DNA of 64,000 nt from Squalus acanthias (Eukaryota), in assembly GCA_030390025.1 (NCBI GenBank), contig JASTWF010000324.1:186001-250000 (forward strand). Reading direction: 5' to 3'. Every line of letters starts with the position of its first letter. Within the stretch, counting starts at the first letter, position 1. Both the position numbers and the translations under genes were made by a program. Of this stretch, positions 1 through 13,000 are shown piece by piece. The notes beneath the pieces are model-generated. The model saw only the letters and a program-made list of their open reading frames with translations, had not been told where the DNA came from and searched no databases.

Positions 1-1785
1 AGTGAGCGAGAGTGTGTGTGTGTGTGAGAGTGTGAGAATGAATGTGAGAGAGAAAGTGTGTGAGAGAGTATGTGAGAGTGGGTGAGAGAAAGTGTGTGAG
101 AGAGAGTGTGTGAGAGAGAGTGTGTGAGAGAAAGTGTGTGAGAGAGTGTGAGAGAAAGAGTGTGTGTCTGTGAGAGAGTGAGAGAGTGTGTGAGAGAGAG
201 TGTGTTTGAGAGTGTGTGAGAGAGTGTGTGTGAGAGAGAGAGTGTGTGTGAGAGAGTGTGAGAGAGAGAGAGTGAGCGAGAGTGTGCGTGAGAGAGTGTG
301 AGAGAGAGTGTGTGAGAGAGAGAGTGTGAGAGAACGTGTGAGAGAGTGTGTGTGTGAGAGAGTGAGCGAGAGTGTGTGAGTGTGTGTGAGTGAGTGTGTG
401 AGAGAGAGAGAGTGAGCGAGAGTGTGTGTGAGTGTGTGTGAGAGAGTGTGTGAGTGAGAGAGTGTGAGAGAGTATGTGAGAGAGAGTGTGAGAGAGAGTG
501 TGAGAGAAAGTGTGTGAGAGAGAGTGTGTGAGAGTGTGTGAGAGAGAGTGTGTGTGAGAGAGAGAGTGTGAGAGAGAGTGTGAGAGAAAGTGTGTGAGAG
601 AGAGTGTGTGAGAGTGTGTGAGAGAGAGTGTGTGTGAGAGAGAGAGAGTGAGCGAGAGTGTGTGTGTGTGTGAGAGAGTGTGAGAATGAATGTGAGAGAG
701 AAAGTGCGTGAGAGAGTATGTGAGAGAGTGGGTGAGAGAAAGTGTGTGAGAGAGAGTGTGTGAGAGAGTGTGAGAGAAAGAGTGTGTGTCTGAGAGAGAG
801 TGAGAGAGTGTGTGAGAGAGAGTGTGTTTGAGAGAGTGTGTGAGAGAGTGTGTGTGAGAGAGAGAGTGTGTGTGAGAGAGTGTGAGAGAGAGAGAGTGAG
901 CGAGAGTGTGCGTGAGAGAGTGTGAGAGAGTGTGTGAGAGAGAGTGTGTGTGAGAGAGAGAGTGTGTGTGAGTGTGTGTGAGAGAGAGAGAGTGAGTGAG
1001 AGTGTGTGTGTGTGTGAGAGAGTGTGAGAATGAATGTGAGAGAGAAAGTGTGTGAGAGAGTATGTGAGAGTGGGTGAGAGAAAGTGTGTGAGAGAGAGTG
1101 TGTGAGAGAGAGTGTGTGAGAGAAAGTGTGTGAGAGAGTGTGAGAGAAAGAGTGTGTGTCTGTGAGAGAGTGAGAGAGTGTGTGAGAGAGAGTGTGTTTG
1201 AGAGTGTGTGAGAGAGAGCGTGTGTGTGAGAGAGAGAGTGTGTGTGAGAGAGTGTGAGAGAGAGAGAGTGAGCGAGAGTGTGCGTGAGAGAGTGTGAGAG
1301 AGAGTGTGTGAGAGAGAGAGTGTGTGTGAGAGAGAGAGTGTGTGTGAGAGAGTGTGAGAGAGAGAGTGAGCGAGAGTGTGTGTGTGTGTGAGAGAGTGTG
1401 AGAATGAATGTGAGAGAGAAAGTGTGTGAGAGAGTATGTGAGAGAGTGTGTGAGAGAAAGTGTGTGAGAGAAAGAGTGTGTGTCTGAGAGAGAGTGAGAG
1501 AGTGTGTGAGAGAGAGTGTGTTTGAGAGTGTGTGAGAGAGAGAGTGAGCAAGAGAGAGAGAGAGTGAGCGAGAGTGTGTGTGAGAGAGTGTGAGAGAAAG
1601 AGTGTGTGTCTGAGAGAGAGTGAGAGAGTGTGTGAGAGAGAGTGTGTTTGAGAGAGTGTGAGAGAGAGAGTGTGTGAGAGAGAGTGTGTGTGAGAGAGTG
1701 TGTGAGAGAGAGAGAGAGTGAGTGAGAGTGTGTGTGAGAGTGTGTGAGAGAAAGTGTGCGTGAGAGAGAGAGTGTGAGAGAGAGT
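1..1785. repeat. Compound (GA)n/(GT)n simple-repeat array with higher-order duplications; runs off the window start
   Basis: Almost pure alternation of gaga/gtgt; the marker gagaatgaatgtgagagagaaagtg recurs at ~35, ~680, ~1025 and ~1400. Confidence 0.97.
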
Positions 1786-4500
1786 CATAACGGCACAGAA
1801 GGAGGCCATTCGGCCCATCGAGTCCGTGCCAGCTCTCTGTAGAGCAATCTAGTCAGTCCCATTCCCCCGCTCTATCCCCGTAGCCCTGTAAGTTTATTTC
1901 CCTCAAGTGCCGATCCAGTCTCCCCTTGAAAACATTGAGTGTCTCCGCTTCCACCACTTCCGTCGGCAGCGAGTTCCAGGTCCTCACCACTCGCTGCGTA
2001 AAAAAGTTTTTCCTCACATCCCTCCTGTATCTCTTGCCCAAAACCTTAAATCTGTGTCCTCTAGTCCTTGTACTATCAACCAGTGGGAACAGCCTTTCCC
2101 CGTCTAGCCTATCCAAACCCGTCATAATCTTGTACACCTCTATCAAATCACCCCTCAACCTCCTTTGCTCTAATGAAAACAAATCCAGCTTCTCCAACCT
2201 GTCCTTGCAGCTAAGATCCCCCATCCCCGGAACCATTCTGGTAAATCTCCTCTACACCCTCTCAAGGGCCTTCACATCCTTTCTAAAGTGTGGTGATCAG
2301 AACTGGACACAATACTCAAGTTGTGGCCTAACCAACGCTTTATAAAGGTTCAGCATAACTTCTCTACTTTTGTACTCAATACCTCTGTTTATGAAACCCA
2401 AGATGCCATATGCTTTGTTAATCACTCTCTCAATATGTCCCGCCACCTTCAGGAACCTATGCACATTAACTCCCAGGTCCCTCTGTCCCTGCACACTCTT
2501 TAAAACTGTGCCATTAAGTGTATATTGCCTCTCCCTGTCCCTTCTACCAAAATGCATCACCTCACACTTCTCTGTATTAAATGCCATCTGCCACTTGTCT
2601 GCCCATTCTGCTAGCCTTTCTATGTCCTGTTGCAGTCGATTGATATCATCCTCACTGTTTGCCACACCCCCAAGTTTGATGTCATCAGCAAATTTAGAAA
2701 TTCTACTTTGTATTCCAATATCCAGGTCATTTATATATATCAAAAAAGCAGTGGCCCCAGCACTGACCCTTGGGGAACACCACTGTCTACCATCCTCCAG
2801 TCTGAAAAACAGCCATTTACCACAACTCGCTGTTTTCTGTCCTTAAGCCAATTCCTTATCCAAGCTGCCACTGACCCACCTATTCCATGAGCCTCAATTT
2901 TGTTAACCAGCCTTCTATGTGGTACTTTGTCAAACGCCTTCCGAAAATCCATGTAGACAACATCCATTGCATTCCCTTCATCAATCCTCTCTGTTACTTC
3001 ATCAAAAAATTCAATTAGATTAGTCAAACACGATCTTCCTTTTACAAATCCGTGTTGGCTTTCCTTAATTAGCTTAAACCTCTCCAAATGCCCGTTAATT
3101 TTTTCCTTGATTATTGTTTCTAAAACTTTACCCACCACTGATGTTAAACTGACCGGCCTGTAGTTACTAGGACTGTCCTTACACCCTTTCTTGAACAATG
3201 GTGTCACATTTGCCACTTTCCAATCCTTAGGCACCTCCCCAGCATCTAGGGAAGATTGAAAAATTATGGCAAGACCTTCCACTATCTCCTCCCGCAATTC
3301 CCTTAGCAACCTGGGATGCAAGCCATCTGGACCAGGCGACTTGTCCACTCTAAGCATACCCAGCCTTTCTAGTACATCCTGTCGATCAATTTTCACCCCT
3401 TCCATTGCTTCTACCTTTTCCACTTCTACGGATATTTTGTCAGCATCCACCTCCTTAGTAAACACTGATACAAAGTACTCATTGCGTATTCTAGCCTTGC
3501 CCTGCGCCTCTAAGCATATAACACCCCGCCTCTTACTACCCACTTACTGTTTACATGCCGGTAGAAGATTTTTGGGTTCCCTTTTATGTTAACCGCCATT
3601 CTACTCTCATATTCCTCTTTGCCAATCTGATTTTCATCTTCACTTCCCCTCTCAACTTATTGTATTTGGTCTGGTTCTCCCTTGAAGAATTCACCTGACA
3701 TGCATCATACACCCTCTTTTTTTGTTTCATCATCTTCTCTATCTCCCTCGTCATCCAAGGAGCCCTTGCTTTGGTTCCCTTACCCTTCCCTCTTGTTGGA
3801 ATGTACCTAGCCTGTACTTGGAACATCTCCTCCTTAAAGATCACCCATTGTTCCGTTACAGTTTTTCCTGTCAGTCTTTGGTTCCATTTTACCCTGGCTC
3901 GATCCTTTCGCATCCCATTGAAGTTAGCCCTATTCCAGTTTAGAATTTCCACTCTAGATTGTTCCTTGCTCCTCTCCATTGCTAATCTAAATCTTATGAT
4001 ACGATGATCACTCGTACCCAAGTGTTCTCCCACAGACACTTGGTCGACCTGGCCCACCTCATTCCCCAGCCCCAGATCCAGCAATGCCTCTTTCCTAGTT
4101 GGGCCAAGAGCATATTGGTGAAGAAAATTCTCCTGAACACATTTCAGAAATTCCTCCCCCTCCTTTCCCTTTACTCTAGCATTATCCCAATCGATATTTG
4201 GGTAATTAAAGTCCCCCAATATCACCACTCTATAGCTCTTGCATATCTCTGCGATTTCCCTGCAGATTTGCTCCTCTACCTCCCTCTCACTATTTGGAGG
4301 CCTATAGAATATCCCCAATAGCGTGATCATACCCTTTTTGCTCCTCAACTCTAACCAAATGGATTCTGTCCTTGTCCCCTCAAGAACATCCTCCCTTTCC
4401 AACACTACAATGACTTCCTTAATCAGCACTGCCTCCCCACCTCCCTTTTTTCCTTCCCTATCTTTTCTGAACACCTTGTACCCTTGAATATTAAGTGCCC
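1785..4500 (-). mobile_element. CR1-clade (HER1-like) LINE, 5'-truncated within the APE endonuclease; ORF2 broken
   Basis: Minus ORFs 3584-4500 (GYKVFRKDR, GDFNYPNIDW), 2740-3543 (YMDFRKAFD, PQGSVLGP), 2297-2743 (FADD) and 1853-2236 (RNFFTQRVV-type C-terminus); CR1 3' UTR at ~1785-1850. Confidence 0.95.
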
Positions 4501-5195
4501 AGAGAGAGTGTGTGAGAAATTGTGTGTGTGAGAAAGAGTGTGCGAGAGTGTGTGAGAAAGAGTGTGAGAGAGTGTGTGTGAGAGAGTGTGAGTGAGTGTG
4601 AGAGTGTGTGAGAGAAAGAGTATGAGAGAGAGAGTGTGAGAGAGAGTGTGAGAGAGAGAGTGTGAGAGAGTGTGTGTGAGAGAGAGAGTGTGAGAGAGTG
4701 TGAGAGAGAGGGTGTGAGAGAGAGAGTGTGAGAGTGTGTGTGAGAGAGAGTGTGAGAGAGTGTGTGTGAGAGAGAACGCGTGAGAGAGAGTGTGAGAGAG
4801 TGTGTGAGAGAGAGAGTGTGAGAGAGAGAGTATGAGAGAGAGAGTGTGAGAGAGAGAGTGTGAGAGAGTGTGTGTGAGAGAGAGAGTGTGAGAGAGAGTG
4901 TGAGAGAGTGTGAGAGAGAGGGTGTGAGAGAGAGAGTGTGAGAGTGTGTGTGAGAGAGAGTGTGAGAGAGTGTGTGTGAGAGAGAACGCGTGAGAGAGAG
5001 TGTGAGAGAGTGTGTGAGAGAGAGAGTGTGAGAAAGATAGAGTTTGAGAGTTTGTGTGAGAGCGGGAGTGTGTGTGAGAAAGTGTGTGTGAGTGAGAGAG
5101 AGTGTGAGAGAGAGTGCGAGAGAGTGTGTGAGAGAGTGTGTGAGAAAGAGTGTGTGAGAGAGTGTGAGAGAGTGTGTGAGAAAGAGTGCTTGTGA
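4501..5195. repeat. (GA)n/(GT)n compound repeat with a 210-bp internal duplication
   Basis: Same composition as 1-1785; agagaacgcg at 4771 and 4981. Confidence 0.95.
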
Positions 5196-8100
5196 GCAAA
5201 GATATATTCCAATAAGAAAGAAAGACTCTAAGAGAAGGGAGCACTATCCGTGGCTAACTAAGGAAGTAAAGGATGGTATCAAATTGAAAACAAAAGCATA
5301 CAATGTTGCGAAGAATAGTGAAAGGCCAGAGGATTGGGAAATTTTTAAAAAGCAGCGAAGGACGACTAAAAAAATGATAAAGAGAGAGAAGATAGCTTAT
5401 GAGAGTAAGCTAGCAAGAAATATAAAAACAGACAGTAAGAGCTTCTACAGGTATATAAAAAGGAAGAGAGTAGCTAAAGTAGCCACTGGTCCCCTAGAGG
5501 ATGAGTCTGGGGAATTAATAATGGGAAACAGAGAAATGGCAGAGACTTTGAACAAATATTTTGTATCGGTCTTCACGGTAGAAGACACTAAAAGCATCCC
5601 AATAATGGATAATCAAGGGGCTATTGGGGTGGGGGGGTGGGTGGAACTTAAAGCAATCACTATCACTGGAGAGAAAGTACAAGGCAAACTAATGGGACTA
5701 AAGGCTGACAAGTCCCCTGGACCCGATGGCCTGCATCCTAGAGTCTTAAAAGAGGTGGCTGCAGAGATAGTGGATGCATTGGATGCAATATACCAAAATT
5801 CCCTGGACTCTGGAGAGGTCCCAGCGGACTGGAAAACTGCAAATGTAACGCCCCTATTTAAGAAAGGAGGGAGACAGAAAGCAGGAAACTATCGACCAGT
5901 TAGCCTAACATCTGTCATTGGGAAAATGCTGGAGTCCATCATAAAGGAAGTGGCAGCAGGACATTTAGAAAATCATAATATAGGAAAGCAGAGTCAGCAT
6001 GGTTTTATGAAAGGGAAATCATGTTTGACAAATTTGCTGGAGTTCTTTGAGGATATAACGGGCAGGGTGGATAAAGTGGAACCAGTAGATGTCGTGTATT
6101 TGGATTTCCAGAAGGCATTCGATAAGGTGCCACATAAAAGGTTACTGCACAAGATAAGAGCTCACGGAGTTGGGGGTAATATATTAGCATGGATAGAGAA
6201 TTGGCTAACTAACAGAAAACAGAGAGTCGGGATAATTGGGTCATTTTCAGGTTGGCAAACTGTAACTAGTGGGGTGTCACAGGGATCAGTGCTGGGGCCT
6301 CAACTATTTACAATCTACATTAATGACTTGGATGAAGGGGCCGAGTGTAATGTAGCCAAATTTGCTGATGATACAAAGACAGGTGGGAAAGCAAATTGTG
6401 TGGAGGACGCAAAGAATCTCCAAAGGGATATAGATAGGCTAAGTGAGTGGGCAAAAATCTGGCAGATGGAGTTTAATGTGGGAAAATGCGAGGTTATCCA
6501 CTTTGGTAGGAAAAATAAAAAAGCAAATTATTATTTAAATGGGGCGATTTCAAAATGCTGAGGTACAGAGGGATCTGGGGGTCCTTGAACATGAATCACA
6601 AAAAGTTAGCATGCAGGTACAGCAAGTAATTAGGAAGGCAAATGGAGTGTTGGCCTTTATTGCAAAGGAAATGGAGTATAAAAGTAGGGAAGTCCTGTTA
6701 CAACTGTACAGGGCGTTGGTGAGACCACACCTGGAGTACTGCGTACAGTTTTGTTCTCCTTATTTAAGGAGGGATATACTTGCATTGGAGGCAGTTCAGA
6801 GAAGGTTCACGAGGTTGATTCCTGGGATGAAGGGGTTGTCTTATGAAGAAAGGTTAAGCAGGTTGGGCCTATACTCAATGGAGTTTAGAAGAATGAGAGA
6901 GGATCTTATTGAAACATATAAGATTCTGAAGGGGCTTGACAGGGTAGATGCAGAGAGGGTGTTTCCCCTCGTGGGGGAATCTAGAACTTGTAGGGTTCTC
7001 AAAATTCCCACATTCCCCAGAGTTATTAATAAGGGGTACCCTGGACAAAGTGGCTTCTAGACCTCATGGCAGAAGCCTGCGACATTGAACAGAAACCAGG
7101 GCCCTGCAAAAAAACAGCAGGCCAGGTGATATGCAGACCTCAGTACAGGCTGCCAAAGGAGGCGGGGCTGGCCTCTACAGACAATGTTGTATATTACAGG
7201 TGGTCGACCTGTCTCCAGCCCCATCAAACTGTTTAGCATTTATACAAAGAAGTAAAGGCAACACAAATGAACAACCATCAGACCAGCAATCATCCTCCAC
7301 TTAACAAATATTTAATATCGTTAAAGGCCATCTCCTGCCATTAAAGTTAACGACCTTAACGTGCCCACCAGAATTAAACAAAGCACTGGGAAGATTTGGC
7401 GGGCAAATAAGGGACAATCGAACAGTATAACTTTAGACTGGAACAAGCCGGGGGCTACAGAGACCTGTGCTGGAACAAGCAGGAGTTCTGCACAGACAGG
7501 CCACAAGCAGGACAGCTGAAGCACAGGAGTTCTCCAGTACACAGGTCAACAGAAACAAGACCGTTCAACAAAGAAGGCCAGCAGCTCCAGAAACAGACCG
7601 ACACGCAAGAAACCAGAGCAACGGTTCCAGTGACCATCAAACACCTCGAGGCACAAGGGCCTTATGAAACTTTTTACTTAAAAGGACTTTAAACCATATC
7701 TCAACTGTCAAAGGATTCGTTTGGTGAGCATTATCCCTGGTCCTCAAGAGTCTAACTTAGCTAATAAAGTGGGGTTGGGAGGGGTGGGGTATTGTTCTAC
7801 TGTCATTTCCCTCGTTTATACCGAAGTTAAGATTGACATGTTATGTTTCATCTCTGTTAAATAAACATTGGTTTTCCTCGCACCAATCCACGGGTCTGTT
7901 CGTTTTGTCCTTATCGCCGCTCGATAAGTCCTGGGCTCAGAACTAGGAAGGGGATAGCGATTCGCAACCGCACAGCGGGCAGACCAGTCCAGGAAAACAT
8001 AACTGGCTGACCTACAAATAAGCCCGAGACAAAAACCCCTTACAAACTAGGGGACATAATTTCAAAATAAGGGGGCACCCTTTTAAATCAGAAAAGAGGA

Positions 8101-8361
8101 GGAATTTCTTCTCTCAGAGGGTCGTAAATCTTTGGAATTCTCGACCCCAGAGAGCTCTGGAGGCTGGGTCATTGAATATATTTAAGGTGGAGATCGTGAG
8201 ATTTTTGAACGATAAGGGTGTCGAGGGTTATGGGGAGCGAGCAGGGAAGTGGAGTTGAGGCCAAGATCAGATCAGCCATGATCTTATTGAATGGCGGAGC
8301 AGGCTTGAGGGGCCAAATGACCGACTCCTGCTTCTATGTCTTATGTTCTTATGTTCTTATG
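5196..8361 (+). mobile_element. CR1-clade LINE, 5'-truncated, interrupted by a solo LTR
   Basis: ORFs 5164-6561 (YLDFQKAFD, QGSVLGP, FADD) and 6539-6988; the ESRT|RGHN motif rejoins across 6989-8044; 3' UTR ends in (ttcttatg)n at ~8361. Confidence 0.95.
6989..8044. mobile_element. Solo LTR, 1056 bp (ERV class I or Gypsy-like)
   Basis: Begins TGTAGGG, ends CCCCTTACA (TG...CA, inverted termini); 4-bp TSD AACT at 6985-6988 and 8045-8048; AATAAA at ~7763 and ~7860 on +; removal restores the CR1. Confidence 0.88.
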
Positions 8362-9632
8362 AGTGTGTGAGAGAGAGAATGTGAGAGAGTGTGTGTGTGA
8401 GAAAGAGTGTGTGTGAGAGTGTGTGTGAGAGTGTGTGTGAGAGAGTGTGTGTGAGAAAGAGTGTGTGTGAGAGAGTGTGTGAGAGAGTGTGTGTGTGTGT
8501 GAGAGAGTGTGTGAGAGAGAGTGTGTGTGAGAGAGTGTGTGTGAGAAAGAGTGTGTGTGAGAGAGTGTGTGAGAGAGTGTGTGTGTGTGAGAGTGTGTGA
8601 GAGAGAGTGCGTGAGAGAGTGTGCGTGAGAAAGAGTGTGTGTGAGAAAGAGTGTGTGTGAGAGAGAGTGTGTGGGAGAGAGTGTGAGAGAGAGTGCGTGA
8701 GAGAGTGCGTGTGAGAGAGTGTGTGTGAGAAAGAGTGTGTGTGAAAGAGAGAGTGTGAGAGAGTGTGTGTGAGAGTGTGTGTGAGAGAGTGTGTGAGAAA
8801 GTGTGAGAAAGAGTGTGTGACAGAGAGTGTGTGACAGAGAGTGTGTGACAGAGTGTGTGTGAGAGAGTGTGAGAAAGAGTGTGTGTGAGAGATAGTGTGT
8901 GAGAGAGTGTGTGAGAGAGTGTGTGAGAAAGAGTGTGTGTGAGAGAGTGAGAAAGTATATGTGAGAGAGTGAGAGAGAATGTGTGTGAGAGAGAGTGTGA
9001 GAGAGTGTGAGAGTGTGTGAGAGTGTGTGTGTGAGAGTGTGTGAGAGAGACAGTGTGTGAGAGAGAGTGTGAGAGTGTGAGAGAGTGTGTGTGAGAAAGT
9101 GTGTGTGAGAGAGAGTGTGTGTGAGAGAGAGTGTGTGAGAGAGAGTGTGAGAGAGAGTGTGTGTGAGAGAGTGTGTGAGAGAGAGTGTGTGTGAGAGAGA
9201 GTGTGTGTGAGAGAGAGTGTGTGAGAGAGAGTGTGAGAGAGAGTGTGAGAGAGAGTGCGTGTGAGAGAGAGTGTGTGTGAGAGAGAGTGTGTGTGAGAGA
9301 GAGTGTGTGTGAGAGAGAGTGCGTGAGAGAAAGTGAGAGAGTGCGTGAGAGAGAGTGCGTGAGAGTGTGTGTGAGAGAGAGTGTGTGTGAGAGAGAGTGT
9401 GTGTGAGAGAGAGTGTGTGTGAGAGAGAGTGTGTGTGAGAGAGAGTGCGTGAGAGAAAGTGAGAGAGTGCGTGAGAGAGAGTGCGTGAGAGTGTGTGTGA
9501 GAGAGAGTGTGTGTGAGAGAGAGTGTGTGTGAGAGAGAGTGCGTGAGAGAAAGTGAGAGAGTGCGTGAGAGAGTGTGTGTGAGAGAGAGTGTGTGTGAGA
9601 GAGAGTGCATGAGAGATTGAGTGTGTGAGTGT
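8362..9632. repeat. (GA)n/(GT)n compound repeat
   Basis: Direct inspection; ORFs here are low-complexity SHTL/ERVC artefacts. Confidence 0.97.
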
Positions 9633-10040
9633 GTAGTGATGAAGCTGTGCCAAGACTTTTTGTGCTCTGAATGTGGACTCTGAAATCCTCCCTCGCTGCA
9701 GCCTGATGTTTGACACTGGGCTACGTTTGTACGCTGGGGGCTAAACTCCACAACTGAACATCTGTCTGAGTCAGCTGTTCACATCCATAAAACAAAACAT
9801 TTGCCGATAATGATGGGGCTGTGAGAGAGGCTGCAATAGGGCGGATAACATCTCGGCACAGCTGATTCCCTTTCTATTCGGGGCGAGGGTAGAAGTCAGA
9901 TTGGATGGACAATGAGGGACTTACATCGATACGGATGGTTCACTGATAGGGTTGCGGTCTGTGCTTTGACCGGGATTCGGGGTGAATGAGGAGGGTGGGT
10001 CAGGGTTCCACTGGAAATGGGCAGAATTTGGCGAGTCTGT

Positions 10041-13000
10041 AAACCTGGAGTGCTAGTGTGAACAGTGAACCTGGAGTGTTAGTGTGAACAGTGAACCTGG
10101 AGTGCTGGTGTGAACAGTGAACCTGGAGCGCTGGTGTGAACAGTGAACCTGGAGCGCTGGTGTGAACAGTGAACCTGGAGTGTGAGTGTGAACAGTGAAC
10201 CTGGAGCGCTGGTGTGAACAGTGAACCTGGAGTGTTAGTGTGAACAGTGAACCTGGAGCGCTGGTGTGAACAGTGAACCTGGAGTGTTGGTGTGAACAGT
10301 GAACCCTGGAGCGCTGGTGTGAACAGTGAACCTGGAGCGCTGGTGTGAACAGTGAACCTGGAGCGCTGGTGTGAACAGTGAACCTGGATCGCTGGTGTGA
10401 ACAGTGAACCTGGAGCGCTGGTGTGAACAGTGAACCTGGAGTGTTGGTGTGAACAGTGAACCTGGAGCGCTGGTGTGAACAGTGAAACTGGAGCGCTGGT
10501 GTGAACAGTGAAACTGGAGCGCTGGTGTGAACAGTGAACCTGGAGCGCTGGTGTGAACAGTGAACCTGGAGTGCTGGTGTGAACAGTGAACCTGGAGCGC
10601 TGGTGTGAACAGTGAACCTGGAGTGTTAGTGTGAACAGTGAACACTGGAGTGCTGGTGTGAACAGTGAACCTGGAGCGCTGGTGTGAACAGTGAACCTGG
10701 AGCGCTGGTGTGAACAGTGAAACTGGAGTGTTAGTGTGAACAGTGAACCTGGAGTGTTACTGTGAATAGTGAACACTGGAGTGCTGATGTGAACAGTGAA
10801 CCTGGAATGTTAGTGTGAACAGTGAACACTGGAGCGCTGGTGTGAACAGTGAACCCTGGAGTGTTAGTGTGAACAGTGAACCTGGAGTGTTGGTGTGAAT
10901 AGTGAACCCTGGAGCGCTGGTGTGAACAGTGAACCTGGAGTGCTGGTGTGAACAGTGAACCTGGAGTGTTAGTGTGAACAGTGAACGCTGGAGTGCTGGT
11001 GTGAACAGTGAACCTGGAATGTTAGTGTGAACAGTGAATTCTGGAGCGCTGGTGTGAACAGTGAACCTGGAGTGCTGGTGTGAACAGTGAACCTGGAGCG
11101 CTGGTGTGAACAGTGAACCTGGAGCACTGGTGTGAACAGTGAAGCTGGAGTGTTAGTGTGAATAGTGAACACTGGAGCGCTGGTGTGAACAGTGAACCTG
11201 GAGTGTTAGTGTGAACAGTGAACCTGGAGTGTTAGTGTGAACAGTGAACCTGGAGTGTTGGTGTGAACAGTGAACCCTGGAGCGCTGGTGTGAACAGTGA
11301 ACCCTGGAGTGTTGGTGTGAACAGTGAACCTGGAGTGTTAGTGTGAACAGTGAACCTGGAGTGCTGGTGTGAACAGTGAACCTGGATGTTAGTGTGAACA
11401 GTGAACCTGGAGCGCTGGTGTGAACAGTGAACCTGGAGTGCTGGTGTGAACAGTGAACCTGGATGCTGGTGTGAACAGTGAACCTGGAGCCTGGTGTGAA
11501 CAGTGAACCTGAATAGTGAACAGTGAACCTGAGCGCTGGTGTGAACAGTGAACCTGGAGTGCTGGTGTGAACAGTGAACCCTGGAGTGCTGGTGTGAACA
11601 GTGAACCTGGAGCGTGGTGTGAACAGTGAACCCTGGAGTGCTGGTGTGAACAGTGAACCTGGAGGTTGTGTGAACAGTGAACCCTGGAGTGTTAGTGTGA
11701 ACAGTGAACCCTGGAGTGTTGGTGTGAACAGTGAACCTGGAGTGTTAGTGTGAACAGTGAACCTGGAGCGCTGGTGTGAACAGTGAACCTGGAGCGCTGG
11801 TGTGAACAGTGAACCTGGAGTCGCTGGTGTGAACAGTGAACCTGGAGCGCTGGTGTGAACAGTGAACCTGAGCGCTGGTGTGAACAGTGAACCTGGGAGT
11901 GCTGGTGTGAACAGTGAACCTGGAGCGCTGGTGTGAACAGTGAACCTGGAGCGCTGGTGTGAACAGTGAACCTGGAGCGCTGGTGTGAACAGTGAACCTG
12001 AGTCGCTGGTGTGAACAGTGAACCTGGAGTGTTGGAGTGAACGTGAACCTGGAGCGCTGGTGTGAACAGTGAACCTGGAGTGTTGGTGTGAACAGTGAAC
12101 CTGGAGTGTTAGGTGTGAACAGAGAACACTGGAGTGTTGGTGTGAACAGTGAACCTGGAGTGTTGTGTGAACAGTGAACCTGGAGTGTTAGTGTGAACAG
12201 TGAACCTGGAGTGTTGGTGTGAACAGTGAACCTGGAGTGCTGGTGTGAACAGTGAACCTGGAGTGCTGGTGTGAACAGTGAACCTGGAGTGCTGGTGTGA
12301 ACAGTGAACCTGGAGCGCTGGTGTGAACAGTGAACCTGGAGCGCTGGTGTGAAACAGAGAACCTGGAGTGTTGATGGAACATGAACCTTGAGTGTTAGTG
12401 TGAACAGTGAACCTGGAGTGTTAGTGTGAACAGTGAACCTGGAGCGCTTGGTGTGAACAGTGAACCTGGAGTGCAGTGTGAACAGTGAACCTGGAGTGCT
12501 GTGTGAACAGTGAACCTGGAGTGTTAGTGTGAACAGTGAAACTGGAGCGCTGGTGTGAACAGTGAACCTGGAGTGTGAGTGTGAACAGTGAACCTGGAGC
12601 GCTGGTGTGAACAGGAACTGGAGTGTTAGTGTGAACAGTGGAACCTGGAGCGCTGGTGTGGAACAGTGAACTGGGAGTGTTGGTGTGAACAGTGAACCTG
12701 GAGCGCTGGTGTGAACAGTGAACCTGGAGCGCTTGTGTGAACAGTGAACCTGGAGTGTTGGTGTGAACAGTGAACCTGGAGTGCTGGTGTGAACAGTGAA
12801 CTGAGCGCTGGTGTGAACAGTGAACCTGGAGTGTTGGTGTGAACAGTGAACCGGAGTGATAGTGTGAACAGTGAACCTGGAGTGTTAGTGTGAACAGTGA
12901 ACCTGGAGTGCTGGTGTGAACAGTGAACCTGGAGTGTTTAGTGTGAACAGTGAACCTGGAGTGCTTGTGTGAACAGTGAACCTGGAGTGCTGGTGTGAAC

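Noticed and set aside
8349..9751. His/Ser/Thr/Leu-rich ORFs (also 4423-5244)
   Set aside because: Dinucleotide-repeat translations.
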